Shown in pieces: positions 62,768 to 64,000 of a DNA stretch of 64,000 nt. A program made the position numbers and the translations under genes. The notes under the pieces are model-generated. The model searched no databases, was not told where the DNA came from, and saw only the letters and a list, made by a program, of their open reading frames with translations. Numbering within the stretch: position 1 is the stretch's first letter; each line of letters begins with the position of its first letter. Origin of the DNA: Dendrobates tinctorius (taxonomy: Eukaryota); the NCBI RefSeq assembly GCF_039654945.1, contig NW_027361737.1, forward strand, positions 7,440,001-7,504,000, read 5' to 3'.

Positions 62768-63457
62768 CCAAGAATCCATCGTGTATATTGCTCCTCTAAA
62801 CACGAAATCCTACCTGCAAATGTGACAACCACACAGTGGAAGAACAAAGGCTTATACAGATGTAGTAAAGATTATCGTCGTGACTCATAAAGATATTTTT
62901 ATTAAGTTTATAGAAACCTAATAAATAATAAGTTGGTCATCAACTATATATATAGTGGCAGGATCACATATTCTGTGTTCTTTCTTCTGAACAAAAAGTC
63001 AGACCTTCAGATGTCAGAACAACGCATTGCTGGGTAGTGACATATACAGATGTAGCTAAGGTTATGACTCACATCCCACAACTTCAGTAAAAAAAGATGC
63101 GTCACTTAAAATGGAACCGTATTTTCTACAAACCTGGCATAAATCAATAGTACAGGCAAGCTGCCAGCTCTCTGTAGTGTCATGTGCCTAATATACCATA
63201 TGGAGAGGGGAGGAGAAAGAAGGAGTGAGGAGAGGAAACAGGCAGAGGAAACACAAAAAGCTTGTGCTGAGCTTTCCACAAGTTATCTCACGTCAAGGCA
63301 GCTTACCACTGTTAAATAATTTCTTACAATCTACTGCAGCTTCTCTCTGTGTTTGAAAAAAAAGGAATTAAGAGCAGAAATCCATCTGTCTATGTGTGTA
63401 TGGTAGAGATCATAGATGTTAGTCTCCTGTCGCCAGATCAAGTCGTTTTCATATTAA

Positions 63458-63878
63458 AGGGAATATGTCAGCAGGTTTTTGCTAGGAAATATGACAGCAG
63501 CATAAGGTAGGTGCAGAGACCCTGATTCCAACTATGTATCATTTAGTTTACTGGGTGAAGCAGTTATGATAGTCACAGATTTCTCGGTTCAGTTATAGTG
63601 GAGCTCAGTTGTTGAGCTGTGTATAGCCTGCCCACACCACAGATTTCTGTGTACACTGTATAGTTACCGAAAGCTGCTAATCAATGGTGGGAAGGGGGTT
63701 AGACTCAGATGTAGGAGGATGGTTGTCCTGTAGCGATAATCTCCTGCTGATAATATACTGATGGTATTAAGACAGAATAACGCATACTAGTAAGTGACAT
63801 ATCCCGATAATCAGGGTCTCTGCTCCTACATTACAGTGCATTTAGATTACATAGCAGACACCAGGGGACACATTCCCT
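63458..63878. mobile_element. Kolobok/T2-type MITE
   Basis: TTAA-AGGGAATATGTC...GACACATTCCCT-TTAA, with internal inverted arms (AGAGACCCTGATT / AATCAGGGTCTCT). Confidence 0.75.
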
Positions 63879-64000
63879 TTAACAGGTGAAAATGTAGGAT
63901 ATAAAACATATAATGACCCGAGAGGTTGTTAATCCTCATGTACAAAGAAGATGGCATAGTCTGAAAAGTTACTTGAAAGTACAGTTAAGAGAATTAACAT

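Overview
Eukaryotic, transposon-saturated DNA with one assembly gap (1863-2096). The repeat repertoire suggests a frog; this is inference. The left half (1-29.8 kb) is a nested TE stack built on two head-to-head members of one large hAT family. Copy A (minus strand) is decayed and carries two chromodomain-type Gypsy (Tf1/sushi-like) elements and several MITEs. Copy B (18789-29799, TSD GTAATTAC) is complete, with an intact 1111-aa BED-finger transposase. Its 3' half is an elaborate 5-kb cassette of tandem arrays (about 205, 180 and 265 bp) and two long fold-backs. All of these arrays are built from one recurrent, covarying stem-loop (5-bp stem, 7-nt loop ANNGYCA), which is the most interesting unexplained signal in the window. 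Other content: a TTAGGG-carrying Harbinger-type MITE; self-priming PBS signatures with compensatory changes in both Gypsy elements; a near-full Penelope-like element with a variant minimal hammerhead; an intact DD36E (Incomer-type) Tc1/mariner element; a 5'-truncated L2 LINE; many MITEs; and one probable host first coding exon (signal peptide, 49723-49789) with an upstream CTCF motif and TATA box. All counts and identities were made by eye.
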